From NCBI GenBank assembly GCA_965649115.1, contig CBFGJN010000001.1, positions 13,576-77,575 of the forward strand: DNA of 64,000 nucleotides. The letters run 5' to 3'. The stretch's first letter is position 1. Every line of letters starts with the position of its first letter. Below the pieces are notes generated by a model, which saw only the letters and a program-made list of their open reading frames with translations, was not told where the DNA came from and did not search any database. The position numbers were made by a program, and so were the translations under genes. Source of the stretch: a candidate division WOR-3 bacterium. GTDB lineage: Bacteria; Hydrothermota; Hydrothermia; LBFQ01; DSFT01. Positions 20,627-32,416 of the stretch are shown here, piece after piece.

Positions 20627-21073
20627 ATGCCTATTTTAATCATAGTTCTTTTAATTTTAGGATGTAAAAAGAAAGATCTTGTAGAATCTTGTCAAGAACC
20701 ATCCCAACAAAATATGTCAGGCGTTTGGAAGGGTTCATGGAAGCTACCACCTGATCCGCCTTACAATAGCCAAACAGGTCAGATCTGCTCTAAAATTAAT
20801 CAAAATGGAAATTTGTTAAATGGAAAATTGTACGATATGGACAATTCAAGTCAATTTTTTGATAGTATTGATATAAAAGGGACAATATGTGGTTCTTCAT
20901 TGAAATTGCAAACTGATACGATGACATTTATAATTAAAATTGTTGCTAAGTTTAATGGAAGTGTAATAAATGATAGCTCATATGGAACATTTAGAATATA
21001 TTCAGAAAATAATTATGAAAGTCAAGATGGAACTTGGTGGATGAAAAAAGATACTGCCAATGCTTGTAAATGA
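20627..21073 (+). CDS. Hypothetical lipoprotein
   Basis: Lipobox ILGC; own -10 motif 6 nt upstream. Confidence 0.7.
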   Translation: MPILIIVLLILGCKKKDLVESCQEPSQQNMSGVWKGSWKLPPDPPYNSQTGQICSKINQNGNLLNGKLYDMDNSSQFFDSIDIKGTICGSSLKLQTDTMTFIIKIVAKFNGSVINDSSYGTFRIYSENNYESQDGTWWMKKDTANACK

Positions 21074-22080
21074 TATTTATTATAATTCAACAAGTTTTGG
21101 AAGGTGCTAAACCACTATTTGAAATAAAGAACACTAATCCATATAATTTATTTGAAAAAAAACCGAATTATATTCAGTTTTTCAAATATAAAAACAATTA
21201 CATAATGGAAGGTTATTTTTTCAACGATGAAAATCATTTTTTAAAGCAATTAATTATTTTGGATAGTTTAAGTTATTTTAAAATTGTTCAAAACTATTCA
21301 AGAAAACAAAGTTTTTTAATACACTATTTAACTTCGCAAGCTTTAATTTCTTATATATTTTATTCTGATTTTGCTAATGTTATTGAAATTCCTGAAAGTT
21401 TTGTAAAACCTTTAAGAGTTTATTTTCCTTTAATTTGGACGAGTTTTAGTTATATTTTAAGCTTGAAGTTTTCACCAATTACTTCTTCTATGGTTTATTC
21501 TTCAACTTCTTGTGCAATTATTTCTTATTTAAAAAACTATTTAGTTCTTGATATTTATGACAGAATTGTTTGGAGTATGATTGAAAATAACTTTTGTTTT
21601 ATCACTTCGTACTACATAAAACCTAAAATACCAAATATAACGCGTGGAATTTTTTTAATATTTTTGTTTTATTATAATTATTATAGCTTTGAAAACAATT
21701 TATTTGATATAAAGAGTTCTTTTAATAGTTCTCTAATAAATGCTTTGAATTTGTTTTTATCTTATTTTGAAAGAAAATCAACAAATGGTGATGTTTTTTT
21801 TGAAGGTTTCTCATCATTTTCTTTTGGTTATAGCTTTTATAATTTAACAAAGAATTATAGGTATTCAGCAATAGCATCTAATTTAGGTTATTTAACAGGC
21901 TTTATTCTTTCCCAAAAGAATGATTTATCACTTTCAAAATCATTAGCAATTATTATTTCAACTTTAATTTTTACTTATACAATTTCAGGAACACTAAGTA
22001 ATTATGAAAAAGAAGTTTATAACTTCTTGCCTGTTATTCTTTATTTAGATTACTTTCTATTTAGCAAAATTAAAATTTAA
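21070..22080 (+). CDS. Hypothetical membrane protein
   Basis: 336-aa ORF, ATGA-coupled, hydrophobic. Confidence 0.5.
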   Translation: MIFIIIQQVLEGAKPLFEIKNTNPYNLFEKKPNYIQFFKYKNNYIMEGYFFNDENHFLKQLIILDSLSYFKIVQNYSRKQSFLIHYLTSQALISYIFYSDFANVIEIPESFVKPLRVYFPLIWTSFSYILSLKFSPITSSMVYSSTSCAIISYLKNYLVLDIYDRIVWSMIENNFCFITSYYIKPKIPNITRGIFLIFLFYYNYYSFENNLFDIKSSFNSSLINALNLFLSYFERKSTNGDVFFEGFSSFSFGYSFYNLTKNYRYSAIASNLGYLTGFILSQKNDLSLSKSLAIIISTLIFTYTISGTLSNYEKEVYNFLPVILYLDYFLFSKIKI

Positions 22081-22081
22081 A

Positions 22082-22110
22082 TGCTCTGTCCCATAAAATC
22101 AATAATTTTA
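22082..22110 (-). repeat. Minimal MITE remnant
   Basis: TGCTCTGTCC end fused to internal CCATAAAATCAATAATTTT block. Confidence 0.5.
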
Positions 22111-23748
22111 TTCTAAATTCAATATCTTTTTTATTATTTCATAGTGATTTTTAATTTCGTTATCATCAGGTTTCTTTTCATAGGCTTGCTTGATGTACTT
22201 AAAAGCTTCTTCGTATTGACCTTTTTTAAATAATGCCCAGCCATAAGAATCTAATATAGATGCATCGTTTGGATTTAAAGAAATTGCCTTCTTTATTAAT
22301 TCAAATCCTTTATTTATGTCTATATTTTCATTAACTAACATATATCCATAATTATTATAAACCATTGAAGCAAAAATGATAAACTGTTTATCAGTTGTTG
22401 TATCAATTATTTCCTGAATGATTTTTATCGTTTCTTCATAATAATATTGTGCTTTTTGGAAATCACCTTCTTTATTATATTCTTCTGCCAATTCAAAATA
22501 TGCTGAATAATCTTCTGGTTTTCTTTTAGTATATTCAATTAGAACCTCCTTTGCTTTTTTTTGAAATCCTATCCTTTTATAAAAATTTGAAAGTTCTCTA
22601 TATCTTGATAAATTATCTTTATCATAATCAACTGCAAGTTTATAGTATTTTTCAGCAAGTTTAAGTTTGTTTTCATTTTCAAAGATGTTTGCCAGTGCAG
22701 AGAATAATGAGGGTTTTTTTGATTTAACACCTAATGCTAAATTTTTAGCTTCTTCATATCTCTTATCTTCTACTAACCAATGAATTTTTAAAATTTTATA
22801 GTCATCTTTGAAATCTAAAATTTTATCAATAACTTTATAAGCTCTTTCCTTCATTTTAAGTTTATAATATGAGTAAGCAATAAAAAAGTCATTGTCAGTT
22901 GAATAAGATAAACTATTTGCTAATTGTAAATTTTCTATCACTTTTGAGTAAAGACTATCTTGTTTTTTATCCTCTGCTATTTTATAATAAGAAAAACCCT
23001 TATATTTCCAACAATAATCTTCATCAGGGTAAGTCTTTAACAAATCTTCACATATCTCAATAACCCTTTCATATTCTTTATATCCAAATAGCATACTCAC
23101 AAGAAATTTATTAAATTCTTTTTTTTCTTTTAAAGAATAAATATATGCTCTAACACCCGTTAAAATTGCATTTTCTTTATCTCCTTTTTTGTTATAAATA
23201 GATGACAATGCAGCAAGAACTCTAAAATGTAATTCTTGATTTTTTAAAAAAACATCAATTGAACCTTTTATCTCAAAATTACTTAAAATACTATCTGCTT
23301 TTTTTAGATAAAGTAAAGCTTGGTCATAATTCTTTTTTCTAAATAAAATTATTCCATAATTTACAAGATTTTCTAAATTTGATGTATCCATTTCATAAAG
23401 CTTTTTAAAAATACTATAAGCCTCTTCTATTTTATCCATATTATCTAAAAAAATTGCTTGATATTTGAGAAAGTTAGAATTTTCAGGAAATTTAAGATAT
23501 GCTTTTTTTGACCAATTATAACCACCTTTTAAGTCTTTTAAACTTCCATGAATCCTTATTATTAAATCATAAGCTGAACTATCATCCACATATTTAATAT
23601 ATTTTTTAAGTAATTTTAAAGCATTTTTGTAATCTTGTTTTTTTAAATAATAATTTGCTAATTCCTTTAAAGCAAATGTATCTTTTGATTTTATTCTTTG
23701 TTTTAATTTAATTTCTGTTGTATCAATTAATAAAATTAAAAAAATCAC
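22108..23748 (-). CDS. Tetratricopeptide-repeat protein
   Basis: Multiple TPRs; 'NNYGYML', '[13 protein letters not shown]'. Confidence 0.85.
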   Translation of the reverse strand: MIFLILLIDTTEIKLKQRIKSKDTFALKELANYYLKKQDYKNALKLLKKYIKYVDDSSAYDLIIRIHGSLKDLKGGYNWSKKAYLKFPENSNFLKYQAIFLDNMDKIEEAYSIFKKLYEMDTSNLENLVNYGIILFRKKNYDQALLYLKKADSILSNFEIKGSIDVFLKNQELHFRVLAALSSIYNKKGDKENAILTGVRAYIYSLKEKKEFNKFLVSMLFGYKEYERVIEICEDLLKTYPDEDYCWKYKGFSYYKIAEDKKQDSLYSKVIENLQLANSLSYSTDNDFFIAYSYYKLKMKERAYKVIDKILDFKDDYKILKIHWLVEDKRYEEAKNLALGVKSKKPSLFSALANIFENENKLKLAEKYYKLAVDYDKDNLSRYRELSNFYKRIGFQKKAKEVLIEYTKRKPEDYSAYFELAEEYNKEGDFQKAQYYYEETIKIIQEIIDTTTDKQFIIFASMVYNNYGYMLVNENIDINKGFELIKKAISLNPNDASILDSYGWALFKKGQYEEAFKYIKQAYEKKPDDNEIKNHYEIIKKILNLE

Positions 23749-25130
23749 TCAGATGGTTTGTAAAACTTATCAAGGTACTCTTTTGAAATTCTAACTAATT
23801 CGCTTCTTGGTAGTATTGAGAGTAATTTCCAGCCAACTTCAAATGTTTGTTCTATCGTTCTACCTTCAAATCCTTGATTTATCATAACTTTTTCAAATTC
23901 GTCAGCGAATTTAATGTACTTTCTATCTATTTCAGATAAAGCATCTTCTCCTACAATTGCAGCAAGTCTTCTATTATCTTTTCCTCTTGCATAAGCGGCA
24001 AAAATTTGATCTGCCCATTGTCTGTGATACTTTTCAGTTTTACCTTCACCAATTCCATTATTCATTAATCTTGAAAGTGAAGGTAATATGTCAATTGGTG
24101 GGAATATACCTAATCTATGTAATTCTCTTGATAGAACAATTTGTCCTTCTGTAATATAACCTGTTAAGTCTGGTATTGGATGAGTAATATCATCATCAGG
24201 CATGGTTAAAATTGGAATTTGTGTAACTGAACCTTTTTTACCTTTAATTCTTCCTGCTCTCTCATATATACTTGCTAAATCGGTGTACATATAACCAGGA
24301 TAACCTCTTCTTCCTGGAACTTCCTCTCTTGCTGAGGAAATTTCTCTCAGTGCTTCACAATAATTTGTAATATCAGTTAAGATAACAAGGACATGGTAAT
24401 CTAATTCAAATGCAAAGTATTCAGCAACAGTTAGGGCAAATCTTGGTGTTAAAATTCTTTCAATAGTAGGGTCATCAGCTAAGTTTATAAATGCTATTAA
24501 TCTATTACTTGCTCCCATTTCTTCAAATTGTTGTTTAAAATAAGCATATTCTCTTTGGGTTATACCAATTGCACCAAATACAATTAAGAATTGCTCACCT
24601 TCTCCTCTAACGGTAGCATATCTCATAATCATTGCTGCTATTTCATTTGCAGGAAGTCCTGAACCAGAAAATATAGGTAATTTTTGGCCTCTTACTAATG
24701 TGTTAAAACCATCAATAGCAGAAATTCCTGTTTGTATAAAGTCAGATGGTTTTTCCCTTGCGACAGGGTTTATTGGAGAACCTATGATTGGTAGCTTCTT
24801 TTCGGGTATAACTGGACCAAGGTCATCAATTGGTTCTCCTCTTCCATTGAATATTCTTCCAATCATATTTCTACTTACTCCAAAACGAATAACATCTTCA
24901 ACTAATTTTATTTTACATGTTTTAACATCAAGTCCAAGTGTTCCTTCAAGAACTTGAATGACTGCAAATTCTTCTGTAACTTCAAGAACTTGACCACTTC
25001 TTTTAATACCCGTTTCAGTTTCTATTTCAACTAAAGCTCCATAAGAAAGTTCCTTAGCATTTTTTACTATTAATAGAGGTCCAGATATGTAATCAACGGA
25101 TGTCCATTCTTTAATAGATAAGTCAGTCAT
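23745..25130 (-). CDS. atpB: V/A-type ATP synthase subunit B
   Basis: '[27 protein letters not shown]', '[14 protein letters not shown]', '[17 protein letters not shown]'. Confidence 0.96.
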   Translation of the reverse strand: MTDLSIKEWTSVDYISGPLLIVKNAKELSYGALVEIETETGIKRSGQVLEVTEEFAVIQVLEGTLGLDVKTCKIKLVEDVIRFGVSRNMIGRIFNGRGEPIDDLGPVIPEKKLPIIGSPINPVAREKPSDFIQTGISAIDGFNTLVRGQKLPIFSGSGLPANEIAAMIMRYATVRGEGEQFLIVFGAIGITQREYAYFKQQFEEMGASNRLIAFINLADDPTIERILTPRFALTVAEYFAFELDYHVLVILTDITNYCEALREISSAREEVPGRRGYPGYMYTDLASIYERAGRIKGKKGSVTQIPILTMPDDDITHPIPDLTGYITEGQIVLSRELHRLGIFPPIDILPSLSRLMNNGIGEGKTEKYHRQWADQIFAAYARGKDNRRLAAIVGEDALSEIDRKYIKFADEFEKVMINQGFEGRTIEQTFEVGWKLLSILPRSELVRISKEYLDKFYKPSE

Positions 25131-25192
25131 ATTGAAAATTTTAAAGGGTAAATAATTTACTTTTCAGCTAAATCGGTTTTTTACCACTTACC

Positions 25193-25340
25193 TGCTTTGT
25201 TTAATAATTCTAAAATTATTTATTTTTCTTTATTTCCCCACCCACCCTAAAAATAAGCCTTCGGCTTATAAAAGCCCCTATTTTTTTTCAGGAGGCTTTG
25301 CCCCCTTATTAACCCCCATAAAATCAATAGGGACTTAAAA
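25193..25340 (-). mobile_element. Truncated MITE copy
   Basis: TGCTTTGTTTAATAATTCT, CCCACCCACCCT, AAGCCTTCGGCTT, GGAGGCTTTGCCCC. Confidence 0.8.
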
Positions 25341-25343
25341 TAT

Positions 25344-25988
25344 CTATAAAAAATTATCTATGCTAACTTCAAAAACTTCTTTAAAAATTCTTTCATTAAG
25401 AAGTGTTGAATAAATTTTTCCATTTTTCATAATAATAAAATCTTTAAAATACTTAATTGCTAAATGAATATCGTGAATTGTTAAAATAACTGTCTTGTTA
25501 ATTTGATTTAGGTAATTTAAGAGTTTTATTTGGAAGTAAGGATCCAAGTGAGATAATGGTTCGTCAAGTATTAAAATTTTTGAATCTGAATTAATAACTC
25601 TACTTAACCTAACTCTTTGAATTTCTCCACTTGAAAGTTCATCTAATTTTTTGTTTAATAGGTTTGATATTTCAAAAATATCATATTTTAGTTTTATATT
25701 TGCTAAATTTAAATATGTTTTAACTTTTATGCTTGGGCAATATTCAACTTGTAATAAAAAAGAACAAAGTCTTGTAAGTTCTTTTTGACTAATTTCACTT
25801 AATTCTTTATTAAATAATTTTATAGAGCCTTCATAATTTAACATTTTTAGTAGGGTTTTTATAAGTGTGCTTTTACCACTTCCATTCGGACCTAAAATGG
25901 CAATTTTCTGTCCTTCGTAAATTTCTAAATTACCTATATGAATTTTAAAATTTTTATAACCTGAAATAACATTTTTTAATTTTAACAA
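25344..25988 (-). CDS. ABC transporter ATPase (FepC/BtuD-like)
   Basis: 'GPNGSGKST', 'LSSGE.QR', 'LDEPLSHLD..FQ', 'IHD'. Confidence 0.85.
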   Translation of the reverse strand: MLKLKNVISGYKNFKIHIGNLEIYEGQKIAILGPNGSGKSTLIKTLLKMLNYEGSIKLFNKELSEISQKELTRLCSFLLQVEYCPSIKVKTYLNLANIKLKYDIFEISNLLNKKLDELSSGEIQRVRLSRVINSDSKILILDEPLSHLDPYFQIKLLNYLNQINKTVILTIHDIHLAIKYFKDFIIMKNGKIYSTLLNERIFKEVFEVSIDNFL

Positions 25989-25991
25989 TGC

Positions 25992-26612
25992 TTATATTTC
26001 TTTTCCGTGTTTAAAAATTTTACCTTCCATAAGAAAAATAACATCTTCACATATATTAGTACATAAATCTGCTATTCTTTCAAGATTTTGAATAATGTTT
26101 ATTGTCTTTATACCACTATCAACAAGATTTGAATTTTCCGTCATTAAACTGACAATTTTGTTAATCAGCTCATTTCTTAAATTATCAATTTCTTTGTCAC
26201 CATTTAAAACTTCTCTTGCTATAACTAAATCATTATTCCTATATGAATTTATTGATTTTTGAAAGACATTGAAAACCTTTTCAAACAATTCATCAATACT
26301 AATAATAACATTATCCTTTATTAGATAAAAGTCTCTTGCTATATTTTCAATATGGTCTGCTATTCTCTCTAAATCATTATTTACTTTAATAGCGGTTATG
26401 ATTTTTCTTAAATCCATGGCTTCTGGTTGATACAATGCTAATATCCTTATTGCGAAAAATTCAATTTCAATTTCACTTTGATTAACACTATCTTCAAGTT
26501 TTAAAATTTCTTCATAATTATGACAATGTAAAAACATATTTTTTATAATATCTGACATCTGAAAAATTTTCTCTTCAAGTTCTTTCAATTCATCAGAAAG
26601 GGGTTTTCTCAT
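25992..26612 (-). CDS. phoU: Phosphate signalling protein PhoU
   Basis: 'QPEAMDLR', 'DLERIADH', 'LERIAD...NI.E'. Confidence 0.95.
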   Translation of the reverse strand: MRKPLSDELKELEEKIFQMSDIIKNMFLHCHNYEEILKLEDSVNQSEIEIEFFAIRILALYQPEAMDLRKIITAIKVNNDLERIADHIENIARDFYLIKDNVIISIDELFEKVFNVFQKSINSYRNNDLVIAREVLNGDKEIDNLRNELINKIVSLMTENSNLVDSGIKTINIIQNLERIADLCTNICEDVIFLMEGKIFKHGKEI

Positions 26613-27367
26613 CCAAACCTTCCTGTTATATAATCTTCTGTTAGCTTTTGTTTAGGTCTAGTAAATATATCATCGGTTTTTCCATATTCTATAATTTCTC
26701 CAAGGTACATAAAAGCTGTCCAGTCAGATACCCTTGCTGCTTGTTGCATATTATGAGTTACAATAACGATTGTCATTTTTTTACCAAGTTCCCTTATAAG
26801 TTCTTCAATTTTGGCAGTAGATATTGGGTCAAGGGCACTTGTTGGCTCATCAAATAATAAGACTTCTGGTTCAACCGCAATAGCCCTTGCTATACATAGT
26901 CTTTGTTGTTGTCCGCCTGATAATGATAAGGCATTTTTGTTTAATTTGTCTTTTACCTCATCAAATAAATATGCGTCTTTTAGTGCTTTTTCAACCCTAT
27001 CTTTAATTTCAGTTTTATTTTTTATTCCTTTAAGTTTAAGACCAAATGCGACATTATCAAAAATTGACATATTAAAAGGGGTTGGTTTTTGAAAAACCAT
27101 TCCTATTCTCATTCTTAAACTTATGACATTTATATTATTTTTTAAAATATTTTCATTATCAAAAATAATTTCACCTTCATATTTCGTATTTGGATATAAA
27201 TCGTGTATCCTATTTAAACATCTTAAAAATGTAGTTTTACCACATCCTGATGGACCAATTAGAGCGGTTATTTTGTTCTCAAAAATTTTCAAATTTATGT
27301 TTTTAAGAACTTTTAAATTACCATAATAAAAATTTAAATTTTTGACCTCTATTTTGATATTTTCCAT
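26609..27367 (-). CDS. pstB: Phosphate ABC transporter ATPase
   Basis: 'GPSGCGKT', '[13 protein letters not shown]', '[12 protein letters not shown]', 'YITGRFG'. Confidence 0.97.
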   Translation of the reverse strand: MENIKIEVKNLNFYYGNLKVLKNINLKIFENKITALIGPSGCGKTTFLRCLNRIHDLYPNTKYEGEIIFDNENILKNNINVISLRMRIGMVFQKPTPFNMSIFDNVAFGLKLKGIKNKTEIKDRVEKALKDAYLFDEVKDKLNKNALSLSGGQQQRLCIARAIAVEPEVLLFDEPTSALDPISTAKIEELIRELGKKMTIVIVTHNMQQAARVSDWTAFMYLGEIIEYGKTDDIFTRPKQKLTEDYITGRFG

Positions 27368-27461
27368 AAAGCTGAAATTTTAAAGGACTTTCTAAAATAT
27401 GTGTATAATAAATTTTGAAACTATTCAAGGCGTATTAAAATAGACTTTAAAATTTTCGTCT

Positions 27462-28415
27462 ATGCTTTGGATAACCAACCTTTTTCCAAAGATAGGTTCA
27501 TCTTATGGCAAAGAAGTAGATAATTTATTTTGGTTTATTTTTTGGATTTCACTATTTTTCTTTTTAATTGTTCAAATTGCTATGATTTACTTTGTAATTA
27601 AGTATAGAAATAAAAAGGAGGAGGAAGTTAGCACTGTTGAAGGAAACAATTTTCTTGAAATAACTTGGACAATTATTCCAACGATTATTCTTGTTATTAT
27701 ATTCTTTTATGGAGTTTATGTTTTTGATAACTTCCAAAGAAGACCTCCCGCTAATAGTATAGAGATAAAAGTTATTGGTCATCAGTGGTGGTGGGAATTT
27801 CAATATCCAAATGGTTATACTACAAGAGATACACTTATTGTTCCTACTAATAAACCAGTAAAACTCATTATGACATCAACTGATGTAATTCATAGTTTTT
27901 ATGTAAGAAGTTTTAGAATTAAAGAAGATGCTGTTCCTGGAAGATATACTTGGACTTGGTTTAAAGTAGTTGAACCTGGTGTTTATGATATTCAATGTGC
28001 GGAATATTGTGGTTCAAGACATTCAAAAATGATAGGATATATTAAGGCTGTAAATAGAAGTGATTTTGAAACGTGGCTGGCAAGTGTTTCCAAAGAAACT
28101 GATTTATCTTCATTATCTCCTGTTGAGAAAGGTAAGAAATTATCTCAAATTAAAGGTTGTACAAGTTGTCATTCAGTTGATGGTTCTCAACTTGTAGGAC
28201 CAACTTGGAAAGGATTATATAACCATGAAGTAGTTGTTTTAGAGAATGGAAAAGAAAAGAAGATATTAGCAGATGAAAATTATTTGAGAGAAAGCATATT
28301 AAATCCAAATGCTAAAATTGTCAAAGGTTTTCAAAATATAATGCCTTCTTATCAGGGTCAATTAAGTGAAGATGAGATTTTAGCAATCATAGAATATATA
28401 AAAAGTTTGAAGTAA
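27462..28415 (+). CDS. coxB: Cytochrome c oxidase subunit II with fused cytochrome c (caa3 type)
   Basis: 'GHQWWW', 'DVIHSF', CuA 'CAEYCG..H..M', C-terminal CTSCH. Confidence 0.95.
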   Translation: MLWITNLFPKIGSSYGKEVDNLFWFIFWISLFFFLIVQIAMIYFVIKYRNKKEEEVSTVEGNNFLEITWTIIPTIILVIIFFYGVYVFDNFQRRPPANSIEIKVIGHQWWWEFQYPNGYTTRDTLIVPTNKPVKLIMTSTDVIHSFYVRSFRIKEDAVPGRYTWTWFKVVEPGVYDIQCAEYCGSRHSKMIGYIKAVNRSDFETWLASVSKETDLSSLSPVEKGKKLSQIKGCTSCHSVDGSQLVGPTWKGLYNHEVVVLENGKEKKILADENYLRESILNPNAKIVKGFQNIMPSYQGQLSEDEILAIIEYIKSLK

Positions 28416-28431
28416 AAGGAGGGATTTAGAT

Positions 28432-30039
28432 ATGCTAAATAAACTTTTAAGCCATGAACCAAGACCTGGGATATTAGGTTGGTTGTTTTCAACAGATCAT
28501 AAGAGAATTGCCCTTCTTTATTTTTGGACAATAATTTTCATTTTCTTAATAGCGGGTATTTTCGCACTCTTAATAAGAACTGAACTTTTCTTACCTGGAA
28601 AGCAAATTGTTGATTCTGATACTTATAATAGATTATTCACACTACATGGTGTAATGATGGTTTTCTTAGTTATTGTTCCTTTAATACCTGCGGTCATGGG
28701 CAATTATTTAATTCCGCTTATGATAGGAGCAAGAGATGTTGCATTTCCAAAATTAAATCTTTTGAGTTATTGGATATTTTTAACAGGTGTTATTATTATC
28801 CTATCTTCACTTATATTTGGTGCTATTGATACAGGTTGGACATTTTATACACCATATAGTCTTAAGACAGGCGGTGGTGTTTTATTGGCGCTATTTGGTG
28901 TTTTTGTTGTTGGTTTTTCATCTATTTTAACAGGTCTGAATTTTGTCGTTACAATTCATAGGTTAAGAGCACCTGGAATGACATGGAGCAAATTACCCCT
29001 TTTCGTTTGGGCTTTATATGCTACTTCACTAATGAATGTTATTTCAACACCTGTTATTGGTATAACATTATTACTATTAATTTTGGAAAGGGTTTTTGGT
29101 GTTGGCTTCTTTGATCCTACAAAAGGTGGAGATCCTTTAATGTTTCAACATTTCTTTTGGTTTTATTCTCATCCCGTTGTTTATATAATGATACTTCCAG
29201 GAATGGGTATAATTTCTGAATTAATTGCAGTTCATTCAAGAAAAAGGATATTTGGTTATTGGGCAATGGCTGCTGCCATTTTTGGAATTGCTTTTATTGG
29301 TTTTATTGTTTGGGCTCATCATATGTTCGTTAGTGGTATGTCTGATGTTGCAAGGTGGGTATTTTCATTCTTAACATTTTTTGTTGCTGTTCCAACAGGT
29401 GTTAAAATTTTTAATTGGGTAGCTACACTTTATAAAGGTTCAATTAGATTAACAACACCTATGTTATTTGCTTTGTCATTCTTATTCCTTTTTACAATTG
29501 GTGGATTAACGGGATTATGGCTTGCTACTATTGCTACTGATGTTTATTTACATGACACATATTTTGTAGTAGCACACTTTCATTATGTAATGGTTGGAGG
29601 TGCTATAACTGCATTCTTTGGTGGATTGTTCCATTGGTTTCCTAAAATTACAGGTAGAATGTACAACGAAAATTGGGGTAGGTTAGGAGCGATTCTTATA
29701 TTTATAGGTTTTAATCTAACATTCTTCCCACAATTTCTCTTGGGTATGCAAGGTATGCCAAGAAGATATTGGGATTATTTACCTGAATTTACATTATTAA
29801 ATCAAATATCTACAATTGGTGCATATACAATAGCTCTTGGTGTTTTCATTTCACTAATAACATTACTTATAGCTTGGAGAAGAGGACAAAAAGCTTCTGA
29901 AAATCCTTGGGGTGGTGCAACACTTGAATGGAAGACTTCATCTCCACCACCATATTATAATTTTGAAGAAATACCACATGTAGAACACGGACCTTATGAT
30001 TTTGAACATTTATTAAAGAAAGAAAAAGTTTCTCAATAA
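28432..30039 (+). CDS. coxA: Cytochrome c oxidase subunit I (A2 type)
   Basis: 'DHKRI', 'WFYSHPVVY', 'WAHHMF', 'AHFHY', 'MPRR'. Confidence 0.97.
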   Translation: MLNKLLSHEPRPGILGWLFSTDHKRIALLYFWTIIFIFLIAGIFALLIRTELFLPGKQIVDSDTYNRLFTLHGVMMVFLVIVPLIPAVMGNYLIPLMIGARDVAFPKLNLLSYWIFLTGVIIILSSLIFGAIDTGWTFYTPYSLKTGGGVLLALFGVFVVGFSSILTGLNFVVTIHRLRAPGMTWSKLPLFVWALYATSLMNVISTPVIGITLLLLILERVFGVGFFDPTKGGDPLMFQHFFWFYSHPVVYIMILPGMGIISELIAVHSRKRIFGYWAMAAAIFGIAFIGFIVWAHHMFVSGMSDVARWVFSFLTFFVAVPTGVKIFNWVATLYKGSIRLTTPMLFALSFLFLFTIGGLTGLWLATIATDVYLHDTYFVVAHFHYVMVGGAITAFFGGLFHWFPKITGRMYNENWGRLGAILIFIGFNLTFFPQFLLGMQGMPRRYWDYLPEFTLLNQISTIGAYTIALGVFISLITLLIAWRRGQKASENPWGGATLEWKTSSPPPYYNFEEIPHVEHGPYDFEHLLKKEKVSQ

Positions 30040-30051
30040 GGAGGCTTAGAA

Positions 30052-30678
30052 ATGGAGCATATTTTAGAACATAAACATATTGAAACTACTCATAGAGATG
30101 ATTTTTCTGCTAAACTTGGAATGTGGCTATTCCTTGCAACTGAATTACTTCTTTTTGCAGGTCTATTCACACTTTATTTTTTATTTAGAGGAATATACTT
30201 ACCATTTTTTCATGAAGGTCAAAAGGAACTTCAACCAATTATAGGACTTATAAATAGTATTGTTTTATTTATTGGAGGATTAACAGCAGTTTTATCTATA
30301 TCAGCAGCAAGAAAAGATAATAAAAACCACTTAATTCTATTTCTTTTTATTACAATTCTAACGGGATTAACATTTCTTGGAATAAAAGCTTATGAATATG
30401 GTTTGAAGTTTGAGCATGGTTTATTCTTTAATATGGAACACTTTAAAAGTTTGCCAAATGGTGAAAAAATTTTCTTTTCTTTATATTTTGTAATGACTGG
30501 TATTCATGCTTTACACGTTTTAATAGGTGTTATATTATTTTCATTTTTGTTATTTTTTGCCATTAGAGGAGATTATAATTCAAAAAACTACATTCAAGTA
30601 GAAATAGGGGGATTATATTGGTGTCTTGTTGATTTAATATGGATGTATCTTTTTCCTCTTTTATATTTAATTAAGTAA
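30052..30678 (+). CDS. coxC: Cytochrome c oxidase subunit III
   Basis: 'LGMWLFLATE', 'MTGIHALHV', 'GLYW.LVD..W'. Confidence 0.93.
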   Translation: MEHILEHKHIETTHRDDFSAKLGMWLFLATELLLFAGLFTLYFLFRGIYLPFFHEGQKELQPIIGLINSIVLFIGGLTAVLSISAARKDNKNHLILFLFITILTGLTFLGIKAYEYGLKFEHGLFFNMEHFKSLPNGEKIFFSLYFVMTGIHALHVLIGVILFSFLLFFAIRGDYNSKNYIQVEIGGLYWCLVDLIWMYLFPLLYLIK

Positions 30679-31436
30679 TGGATTTTTTAAAAAAATTTTT
30701 TGAAGTTTTATATAATTTTAATGCTTTTAAGGAAATTTCAAGTAAGAACTACATTTTGCCATCTATATTATTTTTTATAATTTCCACGATAACATTCAAT
30801 AGCTTGAAAATTTCACTAAATTACGATAAATATAGAGAACTTATGTTAAATCAAATGGATACTAATCTTAATGAAATAAAGAAAAATTTGAAAAAGCAGG
30901 ATTTAACTACACAAGAGATTGAAAAACGCCTTGAAAATTATAAAAATGTTTATTTGGCTTCAATATCACTTGAAATTATTATTCTTTCTGAAATAGCAAA
31001 GGGAATTTTTATCCAACCTATTATTCTTTTAATTCAGTCTCTTGCTTTCAGTTTGATATTTTTAATTTTTTCAAAAGTTCAAATAAAATTAGAATTTAAG
31101 AAATTATTTTCAATTTTAATTTATTCAAAATCTCCAATTATTATAGGCTCATTTATTGTTTTTATTTTATCAGTTATTCTACAAAATCCATTCTTTTCTT
31201 TAAATTTTTCAAATTTTATTCCTTATGAGATTGTTTCAAATAATGATTATTTAAAGGCTTTAAGAAATACACTTTATCATGTTGAACCATTTTCAATTTT
31301 AAGTTTAATTTTGCTTTCTTTTGGAATAAATAAAGCTTTTGAATTTCCACTAAAAAGTGTTATTTATGGTGTTTTTGTTATATATTTTTCATTTTTGATT
31401 TTAAATGCTTTGTTCTATCTAATTTTTTTTAAATGA
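30678..31436 (+). CDS. Yip1-like membrane protein
   Basis: TM helix, soluble helical insert, four more TMs. Confidence 0.55.
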   Translation: MDFLKKFFEVLYNFNAFKEISSKNYILPSILFFIISTITFNSLKISLNYDKYRELMLNQMDTNLNEIKKNLKKQDLTTQEIEKRLENYKNVYLASISLEIIILSEIAKGIFIQPIILLIQSLAFSLIFLIFSKVQIKLEFKKLFSILIYSKSPIIIGSFIVFILSVILQNPFFSLNFSNFIPYEIVSNNDYLKALRNTLYHVEPFSILSLILLSFGINKAFEFPLKSVIYGVFVIYFSFLILNALFYLIFFK

Positions 31437-32416
31437 AACGGATAATTTTTTTATTTTTGTTATCTTGTTCAAAAGTTGATATTATTCCAAAAATTTCAAT
31501 TAGTCCAAATCCTTCCCAATCAAATAGTTATGTAAATATATTACTTGACATTCCTGATACTTTAAAAAAATTTGATAAGTACTTGGTTGTCCATTTCATT
31601 TATAAAAATAGTAAGGAAAGGAAAGTTATTAAATTAAATGATGAAAAAATTTATCAGATTTATCTTCCTGAAAGTTTGATTAATTATTCAGTTTATTTAA
31701 TTGTTGATACATTTAATGCAAAAGTTGAAGGTATTAGGGTTTATGATGGTTCAAAACCGAAAGAAGGAACATTTTTTATTTCTTCAAGTTATACAAAAAA
31801 TGATAGTGAAAAATTAGCTCTTATTGAAAAAGAATTAACATTTTATCCTAATAACATTAAAGCAAGAGCATATTATGATTGTTTGAAAGGAATTAAAAAT
31901 AATGTTAGTGAAATTTATGAAATTTATTATAATATATGTAAAAATGAAAATGATTATCAAAGCATTTATAAAGCGCTATATTATGGTGATAGTTCTTATG
32001 AATTTTTATTGAAATTGGCAAGTGTTTCAGATACTATTCTTGAAATTGCATCAAAAAAATTTCCTGATGATATTCAAATTCAAATGATGAAATTAAAAAA
32101 GTTAAATGAAAAAAATAGATTTAACGAAGCTATTATTTATTCCGACTTTATATTACAGAACTTAAATATTGAGTGGTTATATAAATTTTTTCCAAATTTA
32201 AATTATATTGAGAGAAACAGAAAGTTTTTTGAAAATTTTTCAAATGTTTATAAATTAAGAGCAATGGCATATTTGAAATTGAACGATAGTTTAAAATATA
32301 AAGAAAATTTTTTACTTTATTGCCTAAATTATCCTAATGAAAGTGAAGTTTACGAAGAGTGTAAAAGTTTTGATAGATTTTTAAATAAAATAAAGAAAAA
32401 GGAGAAGAAAAAATGA
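31433..32416 (+). CDS. Hypothetical lipoprotein
   Basis: MKRIIFLFLLSC lipobox. Confidence 0.6.
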   Translation: MKRIIFLFLLSCSKVDIIPKISISPNPSQSNSYVNILLDIPDTLKKFDKYLVVHFIYKNSKERKVIKLNDEKIYQIYLPESLINYSVYLIVDTFNAKVEGIRVYDGSKPKEGTFFISSSYTKNDSEKLALIEKELTFYPNNIKARAYYDCLKGIKNNVSEIYEIYYNICKNENDYQSIYKALYYGDSSYEFLLKLASVSDTILEIASKKFPDDIQIQMMKLKKLNEKNRFNEAIIYSDFILQNLNIEWLYKFFPNLNYIERNRKFFENFSNVYKLRAMAYLKLNDSLKYKENFLLYCLNYPNESEVYEECKSFDRFLNKIKKKEKKK

